DNA from: Tubulanus polymorphus
Lineage: Eukaryota > Animalia > Nemertea
Direction: 5' to 3'
NCBI RefSeq assembly: GCF_964204645.1
Contig: NC_134032.1
Location: forward strand, 15,426,275-15,490,274
DNA: 64,000 nucleotides
In this document: positions 42,002 through 54,583 of the stretch, in pieces
How the letters are laid out: each line of letters begins with the position of its first letter
Numbering within the stretch: position 1 is the stretch's first letter
Notes under the pieces: model-generated
What the model was told of the DNA's origin: nothing
Database searches by the model: none
What the model saw: the letters and a program-made list of their open reading frames with translations, nothing else
Made by a program: the position numbers and the translations under genes

Positions 42002-44284
42002 CTACAACCAATGAGAGGAAAGTATGCACAATCAATGAGATGATTGTTCATAGCTGCAACCAATAGAATGAACTGCAACCAGTCAGGAGAAAGTATGCAC
42101 AATCAATGAGATGATTGTGCATAGCTGCAACCAATGGCGTGAGGTGCAACCACTAAGGGAAAGTATGCACAATCAATGAGATGATTGTTCATAGCTGCAA
42201 TCAATGGAGTGAACCGCAACCAGTGAGGGGGAATTTTATCGCAAACCAGTGAGGGGAAAGCATGCACAATCGATGAGATGATTGTTCATAGCTGCAACCA
42301 ATGAAGTGAACAGCGACCAGTGAGGGGAAAATTTGCACAGTCATTTACAAACAAGTGATGGTTTAATACACTTGCAAGCTAACAGATCAGAGATCACAGG
42401 AAGCAACATCAATCCAATCCTTATTTCTTGACATATAATATAAAATGCTCTTTAGCCTGTGACAAAATGTTTTCGATGTAGAATGCTTAGTAATATATGC
42501 TTAACTAGAATCTTCTTTCAAATATTAAATCAAAAGGAGGAGGGACTAATCTAATGTATTGGTATCAATCATATGATATATGTAAAAAGTGAAAAGAAAT
42601 AGTTTTAAACCAAGATTGAATGCATTCATTTTGTTGTATTGAATAAAGTGTGTTCCGATAAAAATGATTAAAATCGCCTCTAAAATAGTTTCATTAAAAA
42701 ATAGATATTTTAAGTTTGAAAATTTTAAACGTATTCTTTAAAATGTACAAATAATTGTTTAAAAAGAAAATATTCCGGAATGATATATACAGAAAAAATT
42801 AAAATCATAAATATATATATATATACACTAATAAAAAAAATGGATTACTATTTACAAATTTACAATATCTACAAGAAAAATAAAAACTACTATTTACATA
42901 TTTACAACATTTACAAGAAAGAAATAAAAACTACTATTTACATATTTACAAGAAAAATAAAAACTGCTATTTACAAATTTACAATATTTACAAGAAAGAA
43001 ATAAAAACTACTATTTACAAATTTACAATATTTACAAGAGAAATAAAAACTACTATTTACAAATTTACAATATTTACAAGACAGAGAGAAAGAGAGAAAA
43101 GAGAGAGAGAGGAGAGAGAAAGAGAGAGAGGAGAGTGTGGAGAGAGAGAGAGAAGGGAGAGAGAAGGGAGGAAGGAGAGCGGTGAGAGGAAGAAAGGAGA
43201 GGAGAGAGTTAGTGGGTTAGAGAGAGAGGAAGAGAGAGTTAGTGGGTTAGAGAAAGAGGGAGAGAGTTAGTGGGTTAGAGTAAGAGGAAGAGAGTTAGTG
43301 GGTTAGAGACAAAGGGAAAGAACATAGAGAGGGAAAGGATAGAGAGAGGAAAAGGATAGAGACAGAGAGGGAAAGGATAGAGACAGAAAGGGAAAGGATA
43401 GAGGTAGAAAGGGAAAGGATAGAGGTAGAAAAAGAAGGGGTTAAAAAGAGGCAGTTTAACGTCATACCTCAGGACAAATAGATAAAAATCACTGATAAAA
43501 TGTATAGATAAAACGTATTGTTTCAAAGAGGCGGCTTAACGTTGTACTACAGGACAACTTGTAAACAGAGGAACACTAGCTATACTACTTATATGTTATT
43601 AATTTTATCAGGAGATGTAAATCCGAAATCAACCATAAGTGATAAGGCAGAACTAATGCAATGAAATAAAATCAATGCTCTTAACTTATGCAGCAAGTGA
43701 TATCAGGATCAAACTAAGATTGAATGCATTCATTATGTTATTTTGAATATTAAAATTATTCGATATAATTAAAAATATTAATTATCAATTAAATCTATAT
43801 CAAAATTTGCACTAAAATAGTTCGATTTAATGTATAGATATTATGAAGTTTAGAAAATTTAAAAGGTTTTTAAAAGATTATATTTGAAATAATCATTAAA
43901 ATCCAAAGTTTGAAAGATATCTAAAAAATATAAACAAATAGAACTGAAAATCAAAAAAAAAACCTAAAAAGAAATATTATATATATACAAATAAAAAGCT
44001 ATTCAAAAATTTACAATTCGTAAGTATAGTGTTAGCACAGATAAAATGTGTCGATCATTTTGATGAAATATCATATATATGTCAATCATAATGGGAACCC
44101 AAGTGATTTCGGAATGGAATAACTGGGCCAGGCAAATCACTCACTCGATGATCATCAATTACTGGTACTACACAACCACAGAAAGAGTGGTTTTTACCGC
44201 GCGGTATATTAGGCCAGGTGCACCTCACAATAATAATGCCGCCTATTATGTTTGGCTTTTTGTGTGTTGATATGTACATCGATA

Positions 44285-44633
44285 CATCCTCAATCACCAG
44301 GGTTTTATTGCCGCCCACCGGCACTCACGCTTACACAAACCCTGGTTACAAACCCTTCATTGGTGTCCTACATTGTCCAAGATATCTCGGGTCGACAGGT
44401 TGCTGCTAAGCGGCCACCAATCTTTATATCTACTCAATCAGATGCGTAGCAAATCTACCAGCGAAAAACAACGCATCTGATTGACTTAATACATAGACTG
44501 GTGGCCGCTCAGTGGTAACCAGTCTATCCAAGAAATCTTGAGCAATTTAGTAGACCAAAGAAGAGTTGGCAGCCGGGGTTTATGTCGGCATGAGCTTCGG
44601 CAGACGACAATTAAAACCTGGCAACTGAGGATG
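44285..44633 (-). ncRNA. Long imperfect hairpin (163-bp arms, 23-nt loop), candidate hpRNA
   Basis: Arms 44285-44447 and 44471-44633 align with no gaps at ~74% identity; transitions favour G:U pairing on the minus strand. Confidence 0.5.
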
Positions 44634-45015
44634 ATGTTGATATTGAATGAACAAGCTGCATGAAATGTGTAAGAGAACCTTGAAAGCAGTGAGAAAATAT
44701 AAAAACAAGGGGTAAACAGTAAACCTAAGAAAGAGTAAACCTAAGAAAAAGTAAAATATACTGATTTAGAATTTCTATTGTTTCATTCAATTATAATTCA
44801 GTAAACTCTAGATCCTTAAAATTAAGATAACATTAAAGATTATGTTTCAATGTCCTGAGAGTAATTTTATTACTAATTAATCTAATCAACTGCAAGTTTA
44901 TCCAACAATAAAAAACCCAATCATCTATTCTATAACTTGTGATGTAACTATCAATAACAAGAAAACAGTGGATTAATTAAAACTGCTGTTAACGCCAAAG
45001 TATTTTAAATGAAGT

Positions 45016-45550
45016 GAGAGTAATTTCAACAATGATGAATTCACCCTCAGTTCATTCATTGTTTTAATGATGATCCTGAGAGTAATTTCAACAATGATGA
45101 ATTCACCCTCAGTTCATTCATTGTTTTAATGATGATCCTGAGAATAATTTCAACAATGATAAATTTACCCTCAGTTCATTCATGTTTTTAATGATGATCC
45201 TGAGAATAATTTCAACAATGATGAATCTACCCTCAGTTCATTCATTGTTTTAATGATTATCCTGAGAATAATTTCAACAATGATAAATTTACCCTCAGTT
45301 CCCCCATTGTTTTAATGATGATCCTGAGAATAATTTCAACAATGATGAATCTACCCTCAGTTCATTCATTGTTTTAATGATTATCCTGAGAGTAATTTCA
45401 ACAATGATGAATCTACCCTCAGTTCATTCATTGTTTTAATGATGATCCCGAGAGTAATTTCAACAATGATGACTCTACCCTCAGTTCATTCATTGTATTA
45501 ATGATGATCCTGAGAGTAATTTCAACAATGATGAATTTACCCTCAGTTCA
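45016..45550. repeat. 62-bp minisatellite, ~9 copies, internal hairpin
   Basis: gagagtaatttcaacaatgatgaattcaccctcagttcattcattgttttaatgatgatcct. Confidence 0.92.
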
Positions 45551-47954
45551 TCACATTCTAAAATGTTACTATTTTATTCAGTGAAAATCTCTGAACTGCA
45601 TAAAATAATGAGATCTTAAACGGGATTATTGATTAATGTACCTGAGTGTAACTTATCATAAGTAAATTGACCCTCAGTTTATCAGAAGTTTATACTTTAC
45701 TTAAATTAACAGTATTAGTTACAACTTAGTCAACTTAAACTTAAACTAGACTTAAATCAATTGGAAGGAATTAAATTTAAAACAGCGAAAATTAATAAAA
45801 TGACTAATCTAAACTAAGGCTAACTTGAAACACACTAGTGATTAATGAATGATAAACGTCATGCTCACAATTTAACAAATCCCAGTTCAACAGTTGTGCA
45901 ATTTTATGTATTTAAATTCTTGTATCCAAATTAAACTGTGGAACTGAGTACAGTTTTGTATGGAATGAAATATATTAAAAAAAAAAAATCTGAGTGTATT
46001 TTTATATGATGTTTTCAGCGACATATTTTGTTATGACGGCATCAAATAAGTGTTGATTTGTTTCATTTTCAAAAAAACTATAGATTATCATTCAAATTCT
46101 CGTTCAAAGACTAGTTTTGAAAAAGCCGAGATGACATCGAATAAAAATAATAACATGACTGCTAGCATTAAGGCTAGAGGAGGTTCTAATTCAAAGATAG
46201 TATTGGACTTCACAACTATTTTGTGCAGGAAAATAAAGTTCGTACTACAAGTGGTTATTTCATTATCATATCTATCTGATGTCATTGAACTAATAATCTG
46301 ACACGCCACCTAGTAGTGATTTTCTGAATCTATGCTTCAATAATGTCAATGTCATAAGTCGGGACACTGAAAATATCATACACTTGGATAAAATACACTT
46401 GGACTGTTGTTTCTTTATTTATCACATTCCATGAAAGTGTAACACCGACTGAAAATGAGTGGATTTTCTGTTGTTGGTAGAAAATTGAAAAAAAAACTAT
46501 AAGAAAAAAAAGTAAAGAAAGTATGAGAAAAAGTTCTCAATCACATTTCATATTTACAAAGCCTATATCAACTACGAGTAAAAGCTCTTTATGCGTGCAC
46601 TATATACAACATGGGCCTTTTATATAACCACTATTTATATCTGTGTTGTGGACCACGTAATTGTGTCAAAGAGTATTCGGTGATAAAACCTGGACCTTCA
46701 GTTATTCCATTCTCATGAAATCACTGGGGTTCGAATATACACAGTGATAGTCGAATATAAAATATTTCATCAAATTGATCTTTTAGTTAGTATTAAAATA
46801 CAAATAAAATATCGTTCTAAATGAATATAAACAAATGAAATAGTTTTCAAAATATATACAAATAAAATAGTTTTAAAATATAATCAAATTAAATAGTTTT
46901 TAAAATATATACAAATTAAATTGTTTAAAAAAGAATAGTAAGTATAATATTCAGATAAAATAGTTTTTAGATGTCACAGGTATTTTAAAATTCAGATATA
47001 AAATAGTTTCTTTAATAGATTAAAATTCAGATAAAATGCTTTTTAGATATCGCAGGTATTTTAAAATTCAGATATAAAATACTTGATTAAAATTCAGATA
47101 AAATAGTTTTAGAAAAAAAATTACATTAAAATTGAAATAATCTAAAATCGTTTCTAGAATAGTCTTAAGATACGTGTAAAATTGTTTTTAGAATTTTTTT
47201 AGAATAACTAGTTTAGAATTATCAATGAAATTGTTCAGATATGAATATTTCAAAATTCATACAGATGAAATAGTTTTAGATGGATCACCTCGATCAATCA
47301 TAATATCGAACCAATCCCGAAAAGACCTGTAATCAATCGGTGAAAGAATACAATAATAGTAATAATAATTCATATGAGATATGATTTTGGGCAATAGTAA
47401 AAACGAAAACCAAGAAAATAATTAAGGATATTTCGCAGACATTCAAAAACCGCAAATAATTTTGAGAACTGGAATGAAATCTTCGAGAAGAAATAGAATA
47501 GGAAGAGTTCAAATTTTTGCAAAGTTAAGATTAGGAAACCTACAATTTGTTATAAATTGGAATTTAAGCGCTGAAGGACTCAAAATTTAGGAATTTTGTT
47601 CTATCTCGGAAAGTGAAAAAAAAAAGCTGGAACCACAAACATTACAACACTAACTGTTCAGTAGAAATCTATTAATGATGTTGGTAGGATTTTGTGACCT
47701 CTTAACAACAATAATTGCAAAGTGGCTGAAAAACTACAAGTAGCCTCTTTTCATGTAATCAATTAGTAGGTTACTGGTATGTCACATACTTTGATACAAC
47801 TTACGTCGTTTTTGGGGACCAAGGAAGCACCTGAGAACCTGATCTGATTAACTGCTATATGAATAATCGACCTCTTGAAAACAACTTCATCCTCGATATC
47901 TTAAATCTATTGATAATTCACTCTCAACAGGCTTAATCTGACGTGTGTTTTGTG

Positions 47955-48160
47955 CATCTCCTTAAACTCCTCTCTCATATCTCATTAAACTCCTCTATCA
48001 TATCTCCTTAAACTCCTCTATCATATCTCCTTAAATTCCTCTCTCATATCTCCATAAAATCCTCTATCATTTATATCTCCATAAACTCCTCTATCATATC
48101 TCCATAAACTCTCTTATCTCCCTAACTGCCTCTCTCATATCTCAGAACTCCTCTCTCATA
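47955..48160. repeat. ~23-bp degenerate CT-rich minisatellite
   Basis: atctccttaaactcctctatcat variants. Confidence 0.8.
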
Positions 48161-48456
48161 TGCCTTATTGATTTCAACCAGAGATGCAGATTATTCTAAC
48201 AAGAGTCTTAAACTCAAATCTTCATCCTGGCGATCGTTAGGATCAGTAGAGATCAACATCAATCAATAAAACCTGATCAATTAAGTGATTACGACTAATT
48301 CTCTAATCCAAGATATTCTATTCTTTTTTTATCCAAGATTCTGTATCATTGCATTTTTGCAGATTTTTGCATGTTCAATTAAGAACTCATAAATTCATGG
48401 ATTGATCACTGATCCAGTGAACTTTCACACCTTAGAAATGTAATGAAATTGATTAC

Positions 48457-49830
48457 CGTAGTCTTTGCTGTGGTTTCCTTTCTTGCGCAATTTTTTACCG
48501 ACGCAATCTCACATGATATATCTATATTTCTATTCCTTATGAGTAAACCATTTTCAATCCCTCCGATCACATGTGAAGGACTTCCTCCCGTTGTTGAGCA
48601 TTAGATTTCAATTCGCGCCATATCACATTAATCTTTAATTCTGTAATTATAAAAACAAAAATAGGTTAATAACGATATAATGGTTTTACACTTGACGTAT
48701 AAACGTCATAGTATTTGTGGGAGGGGGCAACATGGAACATTGAACAATCTGTAGTTTCCTAAGGAATCGCACTATGTGAAACATAGCTGTTCCTTCTCCA
48801 TGTTATTCCTTCTCTGTGACAGGGAGACCGATGCAGTGCAGGCGTCTGAAGCGGTGGGGCCTCTGTCGGGTCCCCACAGCGGCAGGGGCGACCTCCTGCT
48901 CCACGTGTACAGGAGCAGAGACCACCTCCTGCGGAATAGCAAGCTCAAAAGGTGGCACAATAACATGATAAGGAGGAGCTCGCTCCTCAGGCCCGGGACG
49001 GGAGTCAACGCACCTGTCAACGAAGGCTCCGAAGATGATACGAGCTTCGCGGGCTGCTTCACACTTGTCTTTTGTGATGGCAGATAAAACATCCAAATCT
49101 GGAATGAAAAAAACAAAACGTTAGGGATCATGAATATTACGCATACAATTATCATATCTGTCAAAAGTAACCTATAAAATAATGTAGGAGACGATATTCA
49201 TCGATAGGTAATGGAAGGTGATGTGATGGAAAGAAGGAACGAAGGGCCAGTTGAATGTTTGGAAACAACCATATTTGTCATGTCGCTGGTTGCACGAGAT
49301 GGTGGCAACTCTCTAACACTGTTGTAAATACAACTATACCACTCTCATTATCTGTAATAACTGTATTGTCAGTCACCAGTATAGTAGATCATAAATGAGG
49401 CAGATAATGGTATCTTTCAGTGTAGATTTTGTGTATATAAATTTATTCGCAAACGTATGTTTACAATGAAGTGCGGGTGCAAGGATGCAACAAACGAGAT
49501 CCGATAGGACCCAAACACTATTTTATACATCTTGTGGTACATAATCTATGAAAGCAGACTATAGGCGCACAGCGGCCGCACTCCAGAATGACGTAATATA
49601 TATATATAGTTCAAGCTTAGGTGATACACGGATAATCTATTATTTCTTGCAATTCATTGGTGGTTGTAGAATCTCTTGAATAAAGGCACATACACATTAA
49701 GTCAGCAATAGCCTCGGCTTTACTTTTATAACTATATCCAATACACTGATGAAAATCCATCCGTAGACGGGTACTATGCGTCAATTTGATATTGAAACGA
49801 ATCAAGATTACGCTTTATGAACTTTCATCT
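48457..49830 (-). pseudogene. Exon-like coding fragments of unknown identity, disrupted
   Basis: Strong minus-strand acceptors near 49828, 49099 and 48641, followed by GC-richer frames (DLDVLSAITKDKCEAAREARIIFGAFVDRCVD...) with in-frame stops or shifts in the flanking pieces. No family recognised. Confidence 0.25.
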
Positions 49831-51329
49831 GTGTGCAGAGCGGGGATGTTTTGTGAAAAAACCTACCAAAACAATAGGTTATAATCAACCAGAATTTTCC
49901 TCATATCTTCCACAAAAATACAATATATGTTAAGAATATTTTCCTTAATTGTATTTCAAACCAAAAATACTGACTAAAATATTATAAATGTTCTTACAAA
50001 CGTATATTTCATTTACTTAACTATTTACAATATAAATAACAACAAGGCAGCGATAACGGGTTTTCTGATCAGCCTCGCCATGCTAATCACGATTGAGGGA
50101 ATTATATAAAACAAAATTATTGGATTGACGGGATTCGAACATGATGTGTGGCACCACTGAAACAACGTCTAATGCATCCTGTAACTGTTAGTAGTCGAAT
50201 CTGAGAGGATATACATTTGTTTAAACGTTTGCTGTCTCGGAAGGGAGAAAAATAATAACAATCAGCAGAATTCCAAGAGGGTTTGTTTTCTGACCAGGGA
50301 TAATAACCATTTCACACGACACTGCCCGCTACTGTACTTTCAGAAACAACCACCAGGGGTAATAACCATTTTACTATAAATAATAAAAACGTTTTTATTT
50401 ATAGAAACTGAATATCATTAAACATTTAACAATGAAGTATTATATTTAAAATCTAGTCATTTTTCAAATAGGCCTTTTTTTATTCATTAGATATTTCAAA
50501 ATAGTCAGTACTTACATTTTGAATATTGGATCCATCTGGTTACTGGACTAAAACCACAGTCCAACTAAACCAAATTCCTGTTACTGACTAAAAGAGCAGG
50601 GTTCCGGCTACTGACTTAACTTGCAGTCTGGTTAATGACTTAACCAAAGTCCCGTTACTGGCTAAAACCACGCAGTCCGGTTACTGACTAAACTTGTGAC
50701 TAAACCGCTGTCCTGTAAGACCTACTTGGCTTATAAAAAGCAAAGCTGGAGGCTGCAACCATGACACGCCTCTAAATTCCAAAATCTTGTTATGTGTAGA
50801 TAGTGGATATTTGACCAATGCGGCTATAAATTATAATACAAACTAATAAAAGTAACGATTAAGTCATTATATTGGGTTTAGGGTAAGGGTTTCGATAGGG
50901 TTAGGGCTTAGGGGGTGCAGAGGGTAAGGATAAGGTTTGGAGACCCCACTAGTGCATGGGTAGCGGGTTATCCCTGTAAAGAAAATTATGAATTAATGGG
51001 ATACCAGCAAGGCTACTGAGGGAAGCGAGGATTCAGCGATAATCCGCCAGGTGTCGCTAGTGGCACTGGGTTACCGCGCTTCATTTTCTTCTACATTTCT
51101 ATAAACTTCGAGTCAAATTTTCTGATTTGTAAATCAATTTTCAGTGAAATCAATACCATATACTGAGAGAGAATGGGAATCGTATATCAATTCGATGACT
51201 CGTTTGATAATTTCCGCATTTGGAGGCTGAAATTTCATTGAAAATGAACTGATTTTCACCACGAGTTTAACCCAGTGTTTTGTTGCGCCATCTGGTGTTG
51301 CCGGTATCCCATTGTTGTAGTGAGGCGGT

Positions 51330-51689
51330 CTACGGGACGTTCATGCCTCGGGGCGTGTTCGTGTCGAGTCGTCGTATCCAGTCTTGTTAGGCTGCTTCGC
51401 GGATCGGTCTCGTGGAGCCTGGTAGGTGTTGGAGACCGTACACCCGAAAGTGTTCGCGGGTGTGGTCGACCTGGTTGAAGTGGTCCGAGACTGGAGTCGA
51501 ATTCTTCGTTCTGATGCGTGAGACGTGATGCGTGACGCGTTCTCGTAGAGACATTCCGGTTTGGCCGACGTACAGCATGTTGCACTTGGTGCATTCGATG
51601 CAGTATACAATTTCACGGGTCACGCGATTAATTGGGCTGCGGATAGAGTGCATTTTGTTGTTCCTCGGACAAGGGGACACCGGCGACAT
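51330..51689 (-). mobile_element. Penelope-like retroelement GIY-YIG endonuclease, 5'-truncated and pseudogenised
   Basis: EIVYCIECTKCNMLYVGQTGMSLRERVTHH...PVSDHFNQVDH...REAA*QDWIRRLDTNTPRGMN. VY-x-I-x-CxxC-x3-YVGQT, R-x3-H and E-x2-WI-x2-L-x-T-x2-P-x-G-x-N motifs; the conserved Glu is a TAA at 51387-51389. Confidence 0.88.
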
Positions 51690-52210
51690 CTAGGTGTTTT
51701 GCATCTCATTACGATGAGGGGGAGGTTTAGGGTCTGTTTTACCCCTAGGGATAGGGTGAGGGTAAGGTTGAGTGATGTAGTTACTTACGGTTGGATTTCA
51801 GTGAGCCCGGTGCATGGTCTAGTGTCCCGCTCTATTATCGGCTGGCCAATCATCAAAATTTCTTTGCACATTCATGATTTTTCTTCTGCTTTTGACGCGC
51901 GCTGCAAAATTAATAGTAAAATGTGAATTTTCTGTAGTGTTGAATTATTCAACGCAGGGCTACACAGTTTTAAACTAACCTTCTCTCTATTTACTTGAAA
52001 CAGCATTTAATATAAAAGACCTCTGAATGACGGAAACGTGATATCGAATCCGGATATGAATTTACTTCCTCGAGTTATTTCTCATCCATCAGAGCCTCTT
52101 ACCCACTATTCAATTCAATTCAATTTTATTTTATTTAGCTAACGATTGCAAATTGCAGAATTCATCGAAATAAAAAAGTTCTTCAAAACGAGAAAATTTA
52201 AAAAGTATAA

Positions 52211-52417
52211 TAGGGTAAAAGTGCAGATCCGCACCTCTCGTGATTGACGCGATCTGCTGAATGATAAAATCCAGGCTAAAATGTTTCCAGTGAAAATATC
52301 TTAAATTAACCAATGGCAAACCACTGAATTGCTGAATTTTGAATCTGAAACATTGATATTTAATGTAATTGATTGAACCGTTAACGCGGAGAGGTGCGGA
52401 TCTGCACTTTTACCTAT
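52211..52417. mobile_element. MITE, ~27-bp terminal inverted repeats
   Basis: ggtaaaagtgcagatccgcacctctc...gagaggtgcggatctgcacttttacc. Confidence 0.8.
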
Positions 52418-52606
52418 AAAAGACATATTCTATGATAACTTTCCTTATTAAGGCCAGGAGTCATCAAACAGAAATGATATGAAGTATTTGAGAATGCCAT
52501 GAGTTTGAACTTACTTAATTCACAAAGCAGTAAGGTCAGGACCTCGGTGCACACAGCTTCCACAATCTGTTTTAGTTGACATCTTTAGTTTTTCTTTATA
52601 TTTTTC

Positions 52607-52702
52607 CTACTGCTGACTGATGACTGATGACTGATGACTGCTGACTGCTGGCTGATGACTGCTGACTGCTGACTGCTGACTGCTGGCTGATGACCGCTGA
52701 CT

Positions 52703-52773
<71 letters not shown>

Positions 52774-53158
52774 ATGACCGATGACCGATGACCGATGACT
52801 GCTGACTGCTGACTGCTGACTGATGACTGATGACTGCTGACTACTGGCGGATGACTGATGACTGATGACTGATGACTGCTGACTGCTGACTGCTGACTGC
52901 TGACTGATGACTGGTGACCAATGACTGCTGACTGCTGAATGCTGACAGATGACTGCTGACTGCCGACTGACGACTGCTGACTGCTGACTGATGACTGCTG
53001 ACTGCTGACTGCTGACTACTGACTGCTGGCTGATGACTGATGACTGCTGACTGCTGAATGCTGACTGCTAACTGAAGATGACTGCTGAATGCTGACTGCT
53101 AACTGAAGATGACTGCTGACTGCTGACTGCTAACTGAAGATGACTGCTGCTACTGCTG
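52607..53158. repeat. 7-bp repeat (GCTGACT/GATGACT/GCTGACC)n
   Basis: Read directly; ~75 units. Confidence 0.93.
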
Positions 53159-53799
53159 CTGAAATGTAAAAAAAAGAAATTATATGAAAATCAAGAATTA
53201 AAATCGAAAATTACCAGTTTTAAGGAATTTTCATCAAACTCTTGTTTATATCCTAACCAATAGATACCCAGCAAAAATATCGAAATAAAAATCATTTAAT
53301 GAATCAGAATTAGAATTATCACGATTATTAAAATATTCGATATTCAAGAAGCCACCGGAGTTAATCTCAATTTCAAAGTCAGTTGGCGACGCTTCCCGAA
53401 TGAAAAGTTTCTAAGGATTCGAGTCATGGTTGAATAGACTGAGCTGTCTGTGTATTACACCTAGGCATGTCAACTAGCCGCTTTAGCGCGAAGCCAAGAT
53501 TTGAACACCAGATAAATACTTCCGAAAATTTCAACAATAAAATCACAATAACGTCTTCATTATTACGAGAGCGAAATTGAAAATCAAATGTTGTAATTTA
53601 CTTCTAAATATTAAAAACACAGTTTGGATAATTTTAAGCAAAAAGAACGTCACAAGGGAAATGTCATAATTAAACACCTATATAATATAGTTCGTATGCG
53701 AAACCTTAAGGGTTATATATAGAATTTACTAGTAAGATATTAATAAATGAATTCGATCGAAAGAAATGAAGGTGAATAAAATGGATGATGTTTGCTTAC

Positions 53800-53910
53800 C
53801 TGAAAAATGGCCGAACTGGAAAGAAAGAGGGATCATGTGACCTGGGTTTTTATACTGACAGTGTGACGTCATTGATCCTCACCAATGAAAAGTACTAGCG
53901 TTCCCGCCAA
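53800..53910 (-). promoter_or_regulatory. Pol II promoter: E2F, CCAAT, CRE, TATA, E-box, polypyrimidine (TCT/5'TOP-like) start, YY1-like site
   Basis: TTCCCGCC 53901, CCAAT 53882, TGACGTCA 53864, TATAAAA (minus) 53848-53854, then CCCTCTTTCTTTCC ~25 nt downstream, GCCATTTT and donor GTAAGC. Confidence 0.6.
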
Positions 53911-54159
53911 GATGGGAAAATCATTTTCTGATGGGATTCGAACCTGATCAACGCCACAAAAAGTTCCATTTAGTTCGAATCCACGCAAATTCAATTAATA
54001 TTCACCATGATGTGTCCTCAGTTTACCCCAGTAACTGTTTAACTTAATCCGTTTGACAAACTGTTAAAGTTACATAATGAAAATCGATTCTAAGCAAACT
54101 GAACAATTCCAAAATCACATATGAGACAAACTGAAACACCCTTAGTAATTGCCACAGAT

Positions 54160-54245
54160 CTATGGTCTAGTGGTTAGAATGACCGCCTGGTAAACCGGAG
54201 ACCACAGTTTCGAGTCCTGCCAGCACAAGCGCTCGGTTTTTTACT
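54160..54245 (+). pseudogene. tRNA-like/SINE head
   Basis: A-box TGGTCTAGTGG, B-box-like GTTTCGAGTCC and a T6 run; acceptor stem not intact. Confidence 0.5.
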
Positions 54246-54583
54246 TTACGAGACTTGGTTATTTGCCCCAAGTCTGTTTCTTTTTTTAATATTTCAGATT
54301 GTGATAAGGGGTTGGCCTACTCGGTGATATAGATTTGAAGATGAAGTAATTTCAGTGGATCATGAATTTAGGAAAAAAGATTAGAGCACCACTGGTGACC
54401 AATGTTTAAAACAGGAATTTGGCCCTACAGAAATGTTGCAGATGATGGATGTAATATGAGAGGGTGTAATTTGAAACATCAATAACGTGTTGTGTGAGTG
54501 AGTGAACCCTGTGATGGCTCTCTCTCTTAATGAAGAATCTATTCAATTCCTTTTCAGTCTTGACATACAGTCGGTTTTTTTAC

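Larger units (their letters stand above)
39728..43900. repeat. Direct segmental duplication (~39728-41590 and ~41817-43900)
   Basis: Collinear blocks in both copies: Cys-rich exon-like segment, 71-bp minisatellite, tttcaaatattaaatcaaaaggaggagggac, TTTACA-rich tract, GA-rich tract, AT-rich tail. Confidence 0.92.
50516..53831 (-). ncRNA. Candidate spliced non-coding transcript divergent from TM9SF1
   Basis: Putative exons ~53800-53830 (|gtaagc), 52515-53158 (tttcag|...|gtaagt), 51980-52022 (|gttagt), 50516-50712 (|gtaagt). Only a 20-aa ORF (MSTKTDCGSCVHRGPDLTAL*) was seen. Confidence 0.45.

Noticed and set aside
47420-47700. Possible LINE C-terminal remnant (FAKLRLGNL...)
   Set aside because: Too short and too disrupted to support without a search.
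52023-53797. C/D snoRNAs in introns of the TOP-promoter transcript
   Set aside because: No properly spaced RUGAUGA...CUGA pair with a terminal stem found by eye; H/ACA RNAs cannot be excluded.
54160-54245. Functional tRNA gene
   Set aside because: A/B boxes present, but the acceptor stem and anticodon arm do not close.
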